In this document: one piece after another, positions 37,306-52,274 of the stretch
How positions within the stretch are numbered: the stretch's first letter is position 1
How the letters are laid out: every line of letters starts with the position of its first letter
From: Podarcis melisellensis
Taxonomy: Eukaryota
Direction: 5' to 3' (one strand)
Assembly: GCA_964234715.1 (NCBI GenBank)
Contig: OZ174277.1
Length of the DNA stretch: 64,000 bases
The notes under the pieces: model-generated
The model's input: the letters and a program-made list of their open reading frames with translations, nothing else
Databases searched by the model: none
What the model was told of the DNA's origin: nothing
Program-made: the position numbers and the translations under genes

Positions 37306-39444
37306 TGTAAATTATCCTTTTTGAAACGCCTACTTTATAATGGCCACCTCTTTCAGTGTGTGTATTGAAATGGGATTGGATTGAAGCTGGAACCTTCCTC
37401 ATGCAGCGTGTCTTCTCTGTCACTGTTCTGTGGCCCAGCCCGAGTTTGCATTTCCCTCGGAAGCACTGAAAGACTTTTTGGGCACTGCCTGGCTTCAGAA
37501 GGCAGTGACTTGCATCAAAGTTATTAGATGGGAGTTGTGCTGCCTGTGAGGGAATAAGTACTAAGGTGGAGACTCAAACCTGCCCACCCCCTGAATCCAA
37601 AGGAAGGCCTAGCTAGCATCTTCGTTGCAGAATCTACCAGGAGAAGACCAGCACTGTCCATCAACTACATAATAGGACCCCATTCCAGTTTTAACTTGGG
37701 CTGTTCCTTAGCCTTTGACTCTCTCAAAATTAGCCCCCCAAATCAATGGGAAGTAGGCTTATTTGTGGCATGATCCAACATGGAGTTAAGATAATACCCC
37801 ATGAAGTCACTGATACTATTCAAATATCCTCCTGGTTATGGTTTTTCCTACTTTACAAATGTTTATTATTCATGCCCAGCCACTTATTTTACAGTAAGTC
37901 TACACTGGAAACTGATTTGCTATCCCTGCTTTTAGGCACGCTTAGTGGTAGTACATGTGCCGGGGTGTATTCTGTGCATATGTTCTCAGGCGCATTGAAG
38001 TACAAAATTGATTTACAGGCTCCTGTAGCTAATTACTGTTCAAGGCTATCTTAACAGGTGGAATTGGTATATTTAAATTCTCTCACACCCATTGATTATA
38101 TTAATGAGGCATGGCTTTGTGAGGCCCACTTTTTAGTACCAGTAACTTAATCCACACACCCATAACTTTGACTAATTTGTCTTAATTAACATTTCTGAGC
38201 GGCAAACTCTACAACGTGAAGGTAATCTTCAAACAGCTAGAATTCTCGGTAGATTTTTAAAACACGACTTGATATCCACAGAAGCACATATAAAAGAAAT
38301 CCATGATTCCATTACATTCTGTTCATAGAGTCGAGAGAAAAACGTGATCTGTATTTACAAATACTTCAGAATATGTGAGGCAGTTTTGGAGACAGGCTGC
38401 AAAATGATAAAAGTTCTTTAAATTAGAAAACTTTGGAGTCTTTCCTACAGCTATTCAAAAGATGAAATAGCTTTCAAGTTTTACTATTTATTATGAGTGA
38501 TATGACGCTCACAAATGTCAAAATGAATACGATTGTGATATTTCTTCATGGTTTTCCTTAGCAACTTGGTTTTGAATATGTACTGAGTCTTACCTTATTC
38601 TTTTATTTATATATTAAACTTATATAACCCACCCTTCCTCCCAAAGGAACCTGGCTGTCAGTCACACAAGTGATAAAACAATAAAATAACTTCTAAAAGC
38701 ACCTTAAATTTATGTAACTATTATTAGAGTGGCAACAGAGAAACGTCTGGACCTCAAAGCAGAAGGAGAAAGATAGGCATTGCTTGCCTATACAACGATG
38801 GACCACAGAATGCTGGCATAATTAGGCCCAATTTTACTAGATGTGCAGGCAATGGCCATAGTGTGAAATGCCACCAAGGGAGGCTGCTCCCTTCAGCTTT
38901 CAGTGGGTGTGAGGCAGCGCCCTATACAGTTCCCGCCAATTTCTTTCATTTCTAGCTTTGCAATGGAGACATCGAAATTGTCCACAATATGGCGGGAGCT
39001 ATATACCACCTGTGGTTTGCCACGCGAAGCTGCTTCTGTGTGGTTTGCATTGTTGTTTTACAGAACCCATAAGGCAGCAGTTGTCTATATTAAGCAAGTG
39101 ATGGAAGACACTGGTGTTTTATCGACTGTTTTGCACTTTTAAGTGTTTTAAGACTACTCCATGTCATTGTGCTGGAAGGGAAATGAGATGGATTCACTAT
39201 AAAGTATTCATTGTTCCTCTGGGTCCGCAGGTTTGTAGGAAGGAAATCGGTGGTCGGTCAGTGGGGTGGGTGGGTAGAATCATCTGACTTCCTGTGGTTT
39301 TCCTTGTTTCTTTTGCTGCTAACTGCTGATTTGAAAAGCTATTGTGGTTTATATAAGGATGCTATTGTGGTTTATATAATTATGCAGTGTGTCGGAAACA
39401 TCACAACTTCTCTCAGATTAGAATTAACAGTGTAATTCTTCTAA

Positions 39445-39612
<168 letters not shown>

Positions 39613-40859
39613 TAAGTCATCAGCAAATCCTTTTATAGATCTTTGTCACTATGACTTATATTGATGCTCCTGTAAAATTAACAGAAATGGAATGATGTGG
39701 CTTTGATCTGTGTGGTGAGCATACCTGTGGGAGGAAAATCATTAGGAAAACCAGAAGCGAGAGGGTTCTTTGAGGTTACAAACCATTGTGCTTGATTGAT
39801 TTTTGGTTAGATCCAGAAAGTCAATTCTTACATTTTTATGAGGGGGGGAAATAGCAGGCTTCTTTCTTTAGGAGGTCTTTAGGAATCTGTCTAGATGTGT
39901 AGATCCTGGGCTGTCTAGATCCATTAAGAGTGCATCTATATGACATGTGACTTGATCTTGACTCGCTGATCACAGTGATGCTCTGGGAAGCCCAAATCTG
40001 CACAGATTTTGTACAAGAATGGAATAAACAGCCATTATAGCTCTTTAAAATTCCCCCCAAAGTACAAACATGTTTCCCCTTGTTGAAAATGTACCCACTT
40101 TCCATTCATGCTTATTTACAAAAAAAGAAGCTCCTGCGTTTTACTTTTAAGTGAGGAGTTTTGTGTCCTTGAAATCTTTGCTTGCTTGCCTTGTACAGTA
40201 TCTAATCTCCTCTAATACCTTTAATCACATCTCTGCAGTTCGAACTGCTCTTAAATATCTTGTTTGGGATTAAAACACTTATTTCTGATATTTAAAAAGC
40301 ATCAAATATTCATGGACTAACCACGATTAAAGTGCATAATCCTCTTCCCTCCCCCAAATTACTTTGAACTAAATTAAAGGGTATTCAAGGGATTGCAAAT
40401 GTTCAGATGAGATGCAGTGCCATAAAGATGAAAAAGAAGTTGGAACACAAAAATAAATTTGAAATTAGCATTCCCGCCCCCCCATTGATACAGCAGTTCT
40501 TAACCTCTTAATTATGACTGGTTGAAAGAAAAGAAACACTAACATTAAGTATAATTTTGCAAAACCCTTAAATCAATTCTCAAATTGTTTTCAGGTTATT
40601 TTCTCTAGTGCATTTTGCATATGTGCAAAAAATTTTTTTTTAAAAAAATGTAGGTGCTAAGGATGTGGGGGCAAACTCACACCTTGAAAATGATACTTAT
40701 TTGCCTCTTATGTTGTGTTCATTTAACTCCTTTTTGCTCAGTCTCCACATACCCAGTTAACCATTGCACAAGAGAGAGAGTGGGGATGAAACTGTTGGTC
40801 CTGACTGCACAGACCCCATCTCTGCAACCCACTATGTCTCATGGCCTGGATGCTTGCAT

Positions 40860-41330
40860 GGAGAGTCTGCTGTACCTGAATAGGCTCCCGAGACAATGCA
40901 GAATCCTGATCTTCCAGGTTTCTCATTTCATGGGGAACCTCAGAGTGGAAGGTCTTCCTCTCCCCATATAAACCATCCCAGACTCTGTGGTCATCATCTG
41001 AGACCCTTCTTCGTGTTCCTCTCCATGTGAGAATGGAGGGTGGCAACACAAGAAAGGGCCTTTTCTGTAGTGGCTCCTCATTTGTGGAAGGTTCTCCCCA
41101 GGGAGGTTCTCCTTGCACCTTCATTATATATTTTTAGGCAACAGCTGAAAGCGTTCCTCTTCAACCAGGCCTGATTAATACCTTTTAAATGTATCTTTGG
41201 GAAAGGGGGGTATTTCTTTGTTGTTATTGTTTTAATTATTTACTTGTGTTCTTACCTTGTATTTTATTTTGTGATCTGCCCTGTGATTTTGTGACGAGGG
41301 GTGGTAACTAAATTTAATAAATATAAATAC
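40860..41330 (+). mobile_element. L2-like LINE 3' fragment
   Basis: agggccttttctgtagtggc..tgtgga motif shared with the other L2 copies; A-rich tail. Confidence 0.65.
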
Positions 41331-41793
41331 AAGCTCCTTGTGGGTACCATTGTTGACTTTCTGTCCCTGACACACAGAGGGCTGCAGGAACAGTGACATG
41401 AGGCACATGGGAACCCAAAGGCTGCATCTCTGCTCTCCCCCTTGTATGATGGTAATCACAGTTGGGGGGGCAGGGAGAAAATAGCTATACTTGTACCTAG
41501 ACCAGTCCTGTAGTGTTGGCCTGTTAGCCATGAGCAGTCACTTTCAGCCAGATCCTGAAATACCTCCGTGTGATGGTCTGTTGAGTGGTGATGATCTTCT
41601 GTCATGGGTCACTGTAGCGCATCAGAGACTGGGTGGGGCTCACATATTTTTGTAGTGGCTTCCCCTTGTTTTACCCAGACGAGTTAGAAAACATAGCCAC
41701 TAATGCCTAGTTTGCCCTATAAATAGCTCATTTACAAGCTGTTATATGAAAATGTCCTAAATGAGGTTTTTTGTGTGTGTGTTTTTAAACCAG

Positions 41794-41890
41794 GTCTCTT
41801 ATTCAATGTAAATATTTCCCTCACTTTCTGCATCAACATTTGGAAGATTCACAAACTGATCCGCTACCCGAGAAGATGAGAGAGTCAGTG
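41794..41890 (+). CDS. PCNX2: PCNX2 exon (SLIQCKYFPHFLH...DPLPEKMRESV)
   Basis: accag acceptor, GTG|gtaggt donor, 97 nt, phase 2->0; DPLP motif. Confidence 0.93.
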
Positions 41891-43151
41891 GTAGGTTTCG
41901 TTTCTTTGTTTTTATGGGGAGCCCATGCAAAGGCGTCATCTGAAATCCCACAACCATGCTGTGATATTATTTCACACACAAAGTGTCAAGATGTCTGGTC
42001 AAATTATTTAAATCTCTAGCAGAGAAGCAAGTCTGGGGTAGAGCTGCGAATTGCTTCAGATGAATGACAGTGGAAGAAAGAAAGGCTTTAGGGACGACAA
42101 GGCTGCTTTCCTCGCTCTTAACTTCTCCTCCTTTGGCATGTAGACGGAAGTCGCTGGAATTCTTCAGTGCTGAGGGTGTTGCAAAATTGCATCTTGTGTG
42201 AATGGAAATCATTATGTCTTCCATGAGAAAATTAACAGAAGTTGCCTACGACACTCGTGGTTAAAGCAGGCATTATCCGGGGTGTTGATTAGAAACAGAA
42301 CCTTAAAGCAGTCGTGTTGGGTCTCTGATTTTGCTCAGAACAGCAGTGAAGGCTGAAAGGGGTTCAGCTTTCCCTTCCTGTGCCACTTCTGCAATCTAAA
42401 TTGCTCCTCCAGAACTGTTGTTAGCTCACTATGGAAAAAGCACATGCAGAATGTCGGTACCCGTACCTGTATTGGAGAAAGACCATAGATAGCTACTGAT
42501 AGAGAGGCTTGCATGCAGAAGGTCCCAGGCAGCACTGGGGAACACCCTTATCTGAAACCCTAAAGAGCCTCTAGCATTCATTGCAGACTAGGGGGTAGAA
42601 ATAGTGCAAGGCCCAAAATCACATGAGAATCCTTCAGGAGTAGAAAAAGCCCCCATACCTTTGCTCTCAAATGAGTAGAATGCTATTAAGGCACCAGGTG
42701 ATGCATTGGAGGCGATGGGGTTTGGCAGCATGCCATTGCCCTCCTTGTGTGCGTGACATGTGAGGAGGCCCCTGGAAAGTTGGCTAGGAGGGTTTAGCGC
42801 CCTCAGGCCCCCAAATAAAAAGGTTCCCCACTCCTACAGTAGTTAGTTCTAGGCTAGAGGGACCAATATGCTAGTCTGGCACAGTGTCCTCTATTTTTCC
42901 TCACTAAGATTAGCGGGGAGGATTTTAGATGGAGAAAACAGGTGTGTCAACAGGTTAAGTCGCTTCCCTCCACTGCTGTATTAATAAAAATTGAAGGCCC
43001 CTGAGGATACTTTGCATCCCCTGCTTTGTTTCTTTTTAACTTCAATAATAGACACCCCCCACACTTCACACCCTTCTTTTGTCAACTTACAATCTGCTTT
43101 AAACTCACTCAGTGAATGCTACTACACGCCAACCCAATTGCCACAAGCACT

Positions 43152-43445
43152 GTGACATTCCAGGGGTTGTAGGTGTGCCTTAACCCAGCCAGGGCTTGTT
43201 TTCCTTTTGGACAAATGAGGCATAGCCAAGACTCTGGTGTCTTTAGGATATATGGCTTGTTTACACATAGATACAACCTGAACCTAGCCAGGCTCACAGC
43301 ATTAGCACCCAAAAAGGTCCCTTCTTCTTCCATAGCTTTTAGCCTTTCACTCAAATGGACAGCAAGCATCATCATGCCCTGCCCCTCTCCAGTTTACATT
43401 TCTGCTACTGGTCTGAACCCTCTGCTTTTATCCCTTGAAGGATAA
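43152..43445 (-). mobile_element. Possible solo-LTR remnant
   Basis: Minus strand ends in ...gaatgtcaca with LTR-like composition; no TSD confirmed. Confidence 0.3.
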
Positions 43446-46003
43446 AAATGTGTTGTCCCGATTATTGATTTGGGGGTTATAGGTAGTGTTGTGTGTGTTT
43501 TAAATACTGCTATTGTTAATGTTTTTATATGCTGTTACTTGCCCTGGATCTGTTCTCTCTGGTGAAAGGTGAATTAAAAAGTAATATAATTATAATATTA
43601 TAATATAATATAATATAATATAATAATAATATATATGTAATTAATGGATGATGCAGACCTACCACGAAGCAGCACGAGATAGCCACTTCAGGTAGCTGAC
43701 ATTGTTAGTTAAAGTAATTAAGAAAGTAAAGTAAAAAGTTGAAATATTTATTCCCAGAGGTAGGGAGAAGGCCTTGTGGGATTTTCTGCCTCAGGTACCA
43801 AAGTAGCTTGACAGCAGCTTTCAACTGCGGAGGTGGTTGCTACATTGCCTGAGGTAGCAAAAACTCTTGAACCAGCCCTGGATTCCTCCGAAATTAATTA
43901 AAGGGCATTTCTTGACAACTCTAACAGCTACAGAAACAATTCCTGCTCCTCTACTTAAGTTTGTAATAGATACCATTAATGGGACTGACACTAGCATCCA
44001 AGGGTTAGCAGAAATCCCCATGTCACAGCAGTTGCCTCATTTTGTGTTCATGAAATGATTTTTCTATTTATTCCAAAGTCCTGTCCACGTGGCAACTTCC
44101 TGCACTTCTGATTGGGTACTGTGGACCAGACAGGGATTGCAGAAAAGACCTTGGAAAAGGCATATTCCTTCCCCTGGCATCTTCAGACCCAGATTCAACC
44201 TTCAAGATATTTGTAAATCAAGCATCCCCTTAAGTGTTGACTATGGTGAATTGAACAATATTTTGCAGTGCCCAACCACACTTGAATATAACTTGGTTTA
44301 CAAGTTACAGCTTCCCTTAAATGGGATTTATGTCCCTTGTGGCTTGCAGAGTCAAGCTGCATCAAGTAATATTGCTAAATGTTGAATTGAAGTTGGCATG
44401 TGAAAAAGTAATATAACATATGTGTGTTCCTGCCTATCTAGCCTCATGATTTCAGTTTGGTAATAAGGAATGTAATAGCTAACGTGTGTTGCACATGTTT
44501 GTGTGTGCACACACGGAGAGAGTATAGAATTATGTGGATGATATTTATTTTTAAGTTGGGTGCCTTGAAATCAATACCATTTGAGCTGAAGATAATTGCT
44601 CCACTCTTCAGGATGAATCTAGAGGGATTTACTATTTAAAATAAGCCTCTCTGATTCCCCTCCAAATTAGCAATAATTTAGCACTGCATTTTTAGTGACC
44701 TTTGCTACATTTTTGTTGCTTGAATGGCACTGTAACAATTGTCAGCCTTGGTGACTGGAATCAACAAGGCGGCTGCATTGGCTAATTAACCACTCAACTT
44801 GGAGAATGGAACTTCCTAGCTTTATAATTAATTTCATAGGCATCCACATGGTTGATTACTGCATTAACCAGCAGCCTAAGGGTATTCATGTGTGACATTC
44901 AAACTCTAACTTCCTTCCTGGACTGTAGCAGTAGTGGAGAATCACAGCTCCCAAAAAAAACAAAAAACAAAACAAACCACAATTAAATGCAAAAAGAAGA
45001 ATTGCATAGTTCTCTCAGATTTGAGATAGGGTGGTATGAAATTGGCATTTTCTTTGTAGAAGGTTAGACAAAAGTCTAAACTATCAAAAATCGCAGCCCA
45101 AATCCCACCAGGCTCGTTTTTACTGGGGGGTTTTCCCCCTTCCTGTTATACATGTTCCAAACACAGTGGGCTGAATCTATAGTCACCCTGCTGCATTCAC
45201 ACTGTTGGATTCTGTTTTGCATATCTATTGGCATAACACCATGGATGGGAATGTGCATTACTATCTGATTTGTAAAGCAAATGAGAATATGCCTCTCACC
45301 AACAATATGCAATGCAGTAATGCAGTGCAGTTCTATAGTGTATCCAGATCGCATCAGTGGATACAAATTTCAGTGCAAATGTGCATCGCACCATATCCAA
45401 TAAATCTTGACTCCAGTGGGAGAGAAAACAATGTTGTAGTTGCAAACCCTAATTGGTGGGCTTTGGTGGTGTTTCCAAGGGTGTTGGTGGCATACCTACT
45501 ATTTTTATGCCGGGGGGGGGGGGGTTGCTTGTGTGTTTTTCTGCTTTTGGGCTTAACACATGTACAGTATAGAGGCCATTCGTTCCACTGCCAGAGTATA
45601 CTGAATTCTTGAGACTATGCAATTGCTCTGCCCTTTTGTTTCCATTTTCTGTTGCTCTTCCCGACTGTCATCAAGATTACTAGATGTGGCTATACTTCTC
45701 TATGCTCATTAGAGGGCTGATATAAATAGTATTATTATTATATTACATAACATTATGCTTTAGGATAAATAAAGCAGCAGAGCTTCAGCCAAGGAGGCAA
45801 TAAATAAGTGGTTCATTCGTGCTGTGCAGCTTTATCCTAACAGTTACCCTGACCCTTAGGCTAGGTTGAGAGAAAGTGATTAGCCAAGGGGAACTTTATG
45901 GCAGATTGGGGGATTCACACCCAGGTCTCCCCAACTCCTAGTTTGACTCCGCTCAACCCACTAAGCACTGCTCCTGTACAATCCCCATGCATTTCAGAGG
46001 TGG

Positions 46004-46006
46004 AGT

Positions 46007-46052
<46 letters not shown>

Positions 46053-46053
46053 G
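46004..46053. repeat. (GT)n(GA)n compound microsatellite
   Basis: Direct reading. Confidence 0.95.
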
Positions 46054-46508
46054 TTTCCTGTGTTAAAGGCAACTAGAGCAATACTTTGCCAACTTTTTTA
46101 CCTGAACAGCAACTGGGGAATGCTTTAATTCAGGGCTTGTCAACATTTTCGGGTGACCCATGGGCATATTTTTGGGGTCCCAAGACACATTTGCAAACTG
46201 GAGAAGCTGTTGTGGGTGGCTCACACCCAACCAACCAACCAACCAAACACTGCAGTCTATTATGTTGGCTACAGCAGAATGCCTTTTTTCAAGCCCCATT
46301 TCAGCCTGAGGGGTTGTGGGGGGAGGGAACCCTGTGGGTGCCAGGGAAGGCCTCTGCCTGCATGGATGCCATGCTGGCAACCCCTTCTTTGAGCAGTGAC
46401 TGATGTGAATTTCATTGCAAATGTCAACTTCTGAAGATGGAGTAGCTTCATTTAGCAAGTCAAATTGGTCTTAACTTGAGTTTGATCATTTTAAAATTAT
46501 ATTCACAG

Positions 46509-46601
46509 AGGGAAACCTTGAAATCAGATCTCATTGTGTGCTCCGTGGCGGCTGTGCTGTCATTTGCAGTCAGTGCCAGTACTGTTTTCTTGTCATTAGG
46601 G
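46509..46601 (+). CDS. PCNX2: PCNX2 exon (RETLKSDLIVCSVAAVLSFAVSASTVFLSLG)
   Basis: tcacag acceptor, GGG|gtaggt donor, 93 nt, phase 0->0. Confidence 0.93.
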
Positions 46602-47774
46602 GTAGGTATTATAATTCCTTTCTTCTACATTATTTCCTAAGATATTGTCTCTGTTATTCAAAGCAATGAGATCTCATTATAGGCCATTATGGAAGACACA
46701 TTAGCAGACGAAGGAATATTTGCTTGTGAGTGGTACTGGGAGTTTTGTATCACTTCACACATATGAAAATCCAGTTTTTAAATATGAGGTGTGATGCACT
46801 AAGATGTTTTTTGGCCATGGAGACACAAAGCCTCTGGTACAAATTGGCTGAGCTACTGTAATGCCTTGTAAAGTTTATGAGCATTCAGAATACTGAGAAA
46901 ACCTGCCAGCTATAGGATATCTGTGACAGTCAGGCTTTCATGAGTTGAAATGAAAGGTTTTTGCCAAGAAAAGCCTGCCACAGTGTAAGGAGAGGAGGTT
47001 CCCTAGAGCCCTTGGCACTAGGGAGGAGTTGGGGGAAAGTCCTGTTGTGCTAGTGGAACTTATTGCACTAGATGCAGCTAGCTTATCTTCTAGCATTATG
47101 TCCAAATAAAGCAATTGTATGCAGTGTTTATGTGCCACTATGAGCAGTGGCCAGGTGACAGCGTCATGCACTCCAAGATCATAACCATTTCAGGTGATCT
47201 TCACATCTTGGCCATAGTGTGTCAACCAATTGTTGTAGCCCTTATTTTCTGACTTCCATTCATTTTTATCATGGAAGCAATTTCTATATACTGCCTGAAG
47301 CATTCCTTGCACTTCAGCCTTGTATCTGGCATATTCTGATTTTCTAGTGGCATTCCGTTAAAAAAGACACCTTCTGTGTTTTATGACCCAGCACAACGGA
47401 CTCCTTAGGCTGTGAATGTGCAAAAAACCAAACAAACCCAAACAAAAAGCATGCGCGCACGCACACACACACAGAAAGAGAGAGAGAGATAGAGAGAGAG
47501 AACAAGTTTAGCAAAGGCGGGTGAAACACTACAGCAACCTTTCTCTTCTCTTGAACCAAAATATAAGTAGATACTGTGTAATAAAGCACATGGTAAAGAG
47601 TAACTGAGAGACAGGAGAGTTTGCTTTCGTTTCCTCAGTCCCACATCTGCCTGTACAAGCATATGTTTTCCAAAATAAAAATGGGCTAATGTTGAATGGA
47701 AACAGCAATACAAAAAAATCATGCGGTTCTTTTTTAAACTATATATATTATAGTACTTAATATGTTGTTTTTAA

Positions 47775-47978
<204 letters not shown>

Positions 47979-50857
47979 TAAAAGCTTCTTCTTCTTTTTT
48001 TAAGAAAAAAGTTTTAAGTGACACTGTCTATATGTGCTTTACATTATAATGATTTTTTTTGTACATCAGTGAGAGTAATCGTCCACGGAACACAAAGGGA
48101 AATGAAAACAGGCAGATTGTGGCAAAGTCAATTGTTGGGTGCAAGAATAATAGCATATCAGGGATCAGGCAGAAGCCTCTCTGAATGTGCAGTTGAGACA
48201 CCAAGAGGAGAGAGAGAGAGAATCTATCTGATCCTGAATTCTCTTTGGCCATTCCAGTGATATTACTCTAAGTGGACTCTTGCAGATAAATTTGTATATA
48301 TATATGTATATCTCTTTTTTAAAAAAGGAGGTGTTTAAAAATTATTACGATATAAAAACCATACAATAAAAGCATTAAAAAGTTCAAAAAATAATATAAA
48401 AGCAAAAACATTAAAAACTTTAAAAAAGTCAATTAATTCCCCTGTGGACTCACTTCTGAATAGAACTCCCATGGATCATGTAAACACCCCCCCCCCAATT
48501 TTTCATTACTAATTCTTGTTAGATTGTTTCCCATTGCATTTAACTCAATTGTTGCTATGTATCTTTGAAAACCTCAAAATAAATATTGCGAGAAAGCAAT
48601 GTTGCAAAATTGGATGCATTTTGACCTACCCAGCTCTTCCTTAGGGTATTCCTGTAAGCACATCAGGCAATCACCTTTGTGTGCAGAGCTGTTCCTGATT
48701 CAGGCGCTGTTAGTCAGATTGCTGCATGCGCTTGTGGGAAAGAAGCATAAGGAAACAGGTCAGGGGTGAAAGGAAGCAAGACAGGTGAGCGATCCCTCTT
48801 CCTGCTAAATTCGTCTACCCTCCCTCTGTGTGTGATGATCCTGGATCATGGCTTGTGTTTACCCTTGACTGGAGATAAGTAAAACACACACACAACAATT
48901 TATGAAAGTATATTTGAACAAATAAAATTTGACAATAGAAAGCAGCATTGCTGAATTGCTGAAACTGTTTTTTGTGTGTTTGTGTGTGGTTGCTTTTCTT
49001 TCTTTTTGTATATCCGTTCAGCATTTCGACTGCTGTCAGGGATGGTAATTTGCTGTTCTCTCAGTGACCTCAACCCACTAAGCCCTGCTGCTATGCAATT
49101 TCCTAGAGGCCTGGCAGAGATTCAGTAAAGAACTAATTGGCATAAACGGATATTGTGTTGTAGTAGTGGATGACAAGTTTCTCCCTTTGTTTAGAACAAT
49201 CTTTACAACCTGCATCCTCTATTTATGTCAGCCAACTCACCTGAGCTCTTGTAGTTGTTCTGCCCTTTGACTTTAGTTTTGTCCATTTTATCAGGAAGCT
49301 ATTTATATGAAGTCAGACCATTGGTCCATCTGGGTCAGTATTGCCTGCTCTGATTGGCCGCAACTCTCCAAGGTTTCAGGCAGGGAGTCTAGGTGGATAT
49401 GGCAGAGATTGAACCTGGAACCTTTTGCATGCAAAGCAGGTGCTCTGCTGGGGAAGCTGTAGTCCTTCCCCTAGCTTCTCACAATCTTAGAAAGAAACAA
49501 GAACAAAAAACCCACTGCAGGCTGATTAATGAGTTTAATGCAGTATGTGCAACCCATAATTTTAAAATGCATCTCAGTGTTTAAATTTCTGGCAGAATTC
49601 TTTTTCAGTTATTTGGATGCAAAATAAAGTTTGGGTGGCATGAATATATGAGACTATGATTTAAATTTCCCGCCCTGTAGTGTCGTGAGGAACATTAAAA
49701 TTGAGTTTTTAAAAAAGTCATATTGAGGATATTTTGGAATTGCTATCTTCAGCAGGTGGTGTCTGAAGACTTCTTTCCAGTTCTCCTGGAAATCTGTTGG
49801 CTAGGAGCCAGCTTGTCTTTGGATAACCCTCACTTTTTCTTTGCTCCAATTAAGAAACTTGCTGTCAACTTTTGATGGGTCTGTGCTTTAATCGCTCTCA
49901 ATGTGTGTTTTTGACGTGTTTGAAGATAAGAACGTCAAGACAGTAGGTCTCGTCTGTGACCTCAGTCTCTTCTTGAAACCAATCCAACAACTAGATACTC
50001 TGCAGAGAAACATATTTATAAGACGCATTATTTAAATAAAAAAAAAGATGCATTATAATGTTAAGTGTCTTTGGCAGGAGGGTGTTGCATGGAAATATAT
50101 TCACAGAACAATCTCTCTCGAAAGAGCATCTTTGATACCAAAATGTACTGAACAATTTATAGTTTGTTACAGTTTATTACAGAATGTTTTCATACTAGCA
50201 GACAAGGATTGTGATGCACTCCACCAAATACTTTATTCTTATACGGCACAAGATTCAACTTTGTTCCCCCCCCCCTCCAAGAATTCTTCCAAAGCCAACA
50301 ATATTATCTAAGCTATGATTTGTGCCCAGGTTGGAAACCAAATGTGTTTCAAGCTAAGGGTGACCTGGCTCAGTTCAGAAGATAAAATGTTAAATACTAG
50401 AAGAAGAAAACTACCTGCAACCAATGTATCTTTGAACAAGAATTTGACTCTCTGATTTGAAATAGCCACCCCAGCTTAAGATGTGTTGGGTTTCCTGCCT
50501 GCTTCCCAACTGCTACTGCTATTGACCTGCCTTCTCTGATGTTTTTGCTGTTGCACTGCTATTCACATATAGTGCTATGGCTTGTGCATCCCCTTACTTA
50601 AGACTAGTTTTCTTCTGCAATTTTCTGTTGCTTCTGGAACGGCTGTTAAATCTGCATTCTTATAGAGCTCTGATCTAATTACACATGCAATACTGACCAG
50701 GGATCCAACGCTTAATCAACTTCTAGTTGCTCATATGAATCCAATGCCCCTTTGGCGTTTCACTTTGGTATCCTACCACATTTCGGATTTTGATGAGAGA
50801 TCAACCCCCCCCCCAATCAGAGCCAATTTTGGCATTCACATTCCATGTGATAAATGA

Positions 50858-51097
<240 letters not shown>

Positions 51098-52136
51098 TAA
51101 GTTACTTAAATGTTGTGACACATTCTTTGTAGAATTAAGAGCTGGACAATATCATTTATGCATCTGGTCTACCATTCAGGCTTCCACAACTTGTGACCTG
51201 CCTCTCCTAAACTGCTGTCACCTATAGCAGCCATCATTTGTAACTGGAGAGGCACTTGATGTCTCTCCTGTCTCTCCCTCCAGGTTGGCCTACCCATTGG
51301 CCACATTGAGACCTTTGCATCAGATGGTGCAACAGGAAAGGCGATGGATTTATGTGCCCTCACCCCACTAACTCACCACTGTTTAGAGTTGTAGGAGTGC
51401 TCCTTTGCTGAAAGTGGGACTGTCCAGTGGGGCCTCTTCCTTGGAAGTGCTTTTCCTCAGAATGAGGTATGCTGAGTAAGGTGGCCTCAGAGATTTGTCT
51501 ATCCCCCCACACATGGGGCCTTAGGAGCTCTGCTTCAGGCGGGAAAATGTCTTGCACTAACCCTGGCCATGCAGGCAGCGTGAGCCTGAACCTGGTGGGC
51601 TGCCATATGTGGCTGGAGGATAGCATTTGCTCTTCTCCTTGCCCTTCCTTCTTGGACTTCATTCTTCTTCAGGGATGCCAAACCCAGCAAGCGCTCTCAT
51701 CACGTTGGAGCATGCCTGCCAATGAGTTCAGAACTCATCTTATCTGTGTTGCTTTCAAAACTGAAAGTACGGATGAGAGAAGAAGCTCTGACAGCCTCCA
51801 AAAGAGTTTCTGACATTTCATTCACATGGCAACATTTAGCTGATTGTTTGGAGTAGCCTTATCTCTAGCGAACCTAAAGATCTGCTTGAAGGGACATGGA
51901 GCAAAGAATAAGTGCCTTTTAGATTCATATCCACCGAAATCCATCCAGGCTGAAAATCCCAAATGAACGACCAGAGCACAACATGTATCAAGGTCTTGAA
52001 AATACTGGCACATGTCGCTCATTGGAAAAGACGTTCTGAAACCTTGTGGCTTGTTTTCATTTAATTTGAAGAAAGTGGCAGCATCACAGTTCCTTTATGA
52101 AACAATGAGTGCAGGATTTGCATCAATAACTTATCT

Positions 52137-52274
52137 CAGGAATGGGGAAACCTGTGGCCCTCTCGATGCTGCTGGACTCCAACTCCTGCCCTCCCTCACC
52201 ATTAGCAGTGTGGTTGGTGCTTATGGGAGTTGTAGCCCAATAACTTTTGGGGGACCTCAAGTTCCCCATCACTG
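52137..52274. mobile_element. Degenerate palindromic hAT-type MITE
   Basis: Same actccaactcc/gggagttgtag core as the 34936 and 62398 elements. Confidence 0.6.
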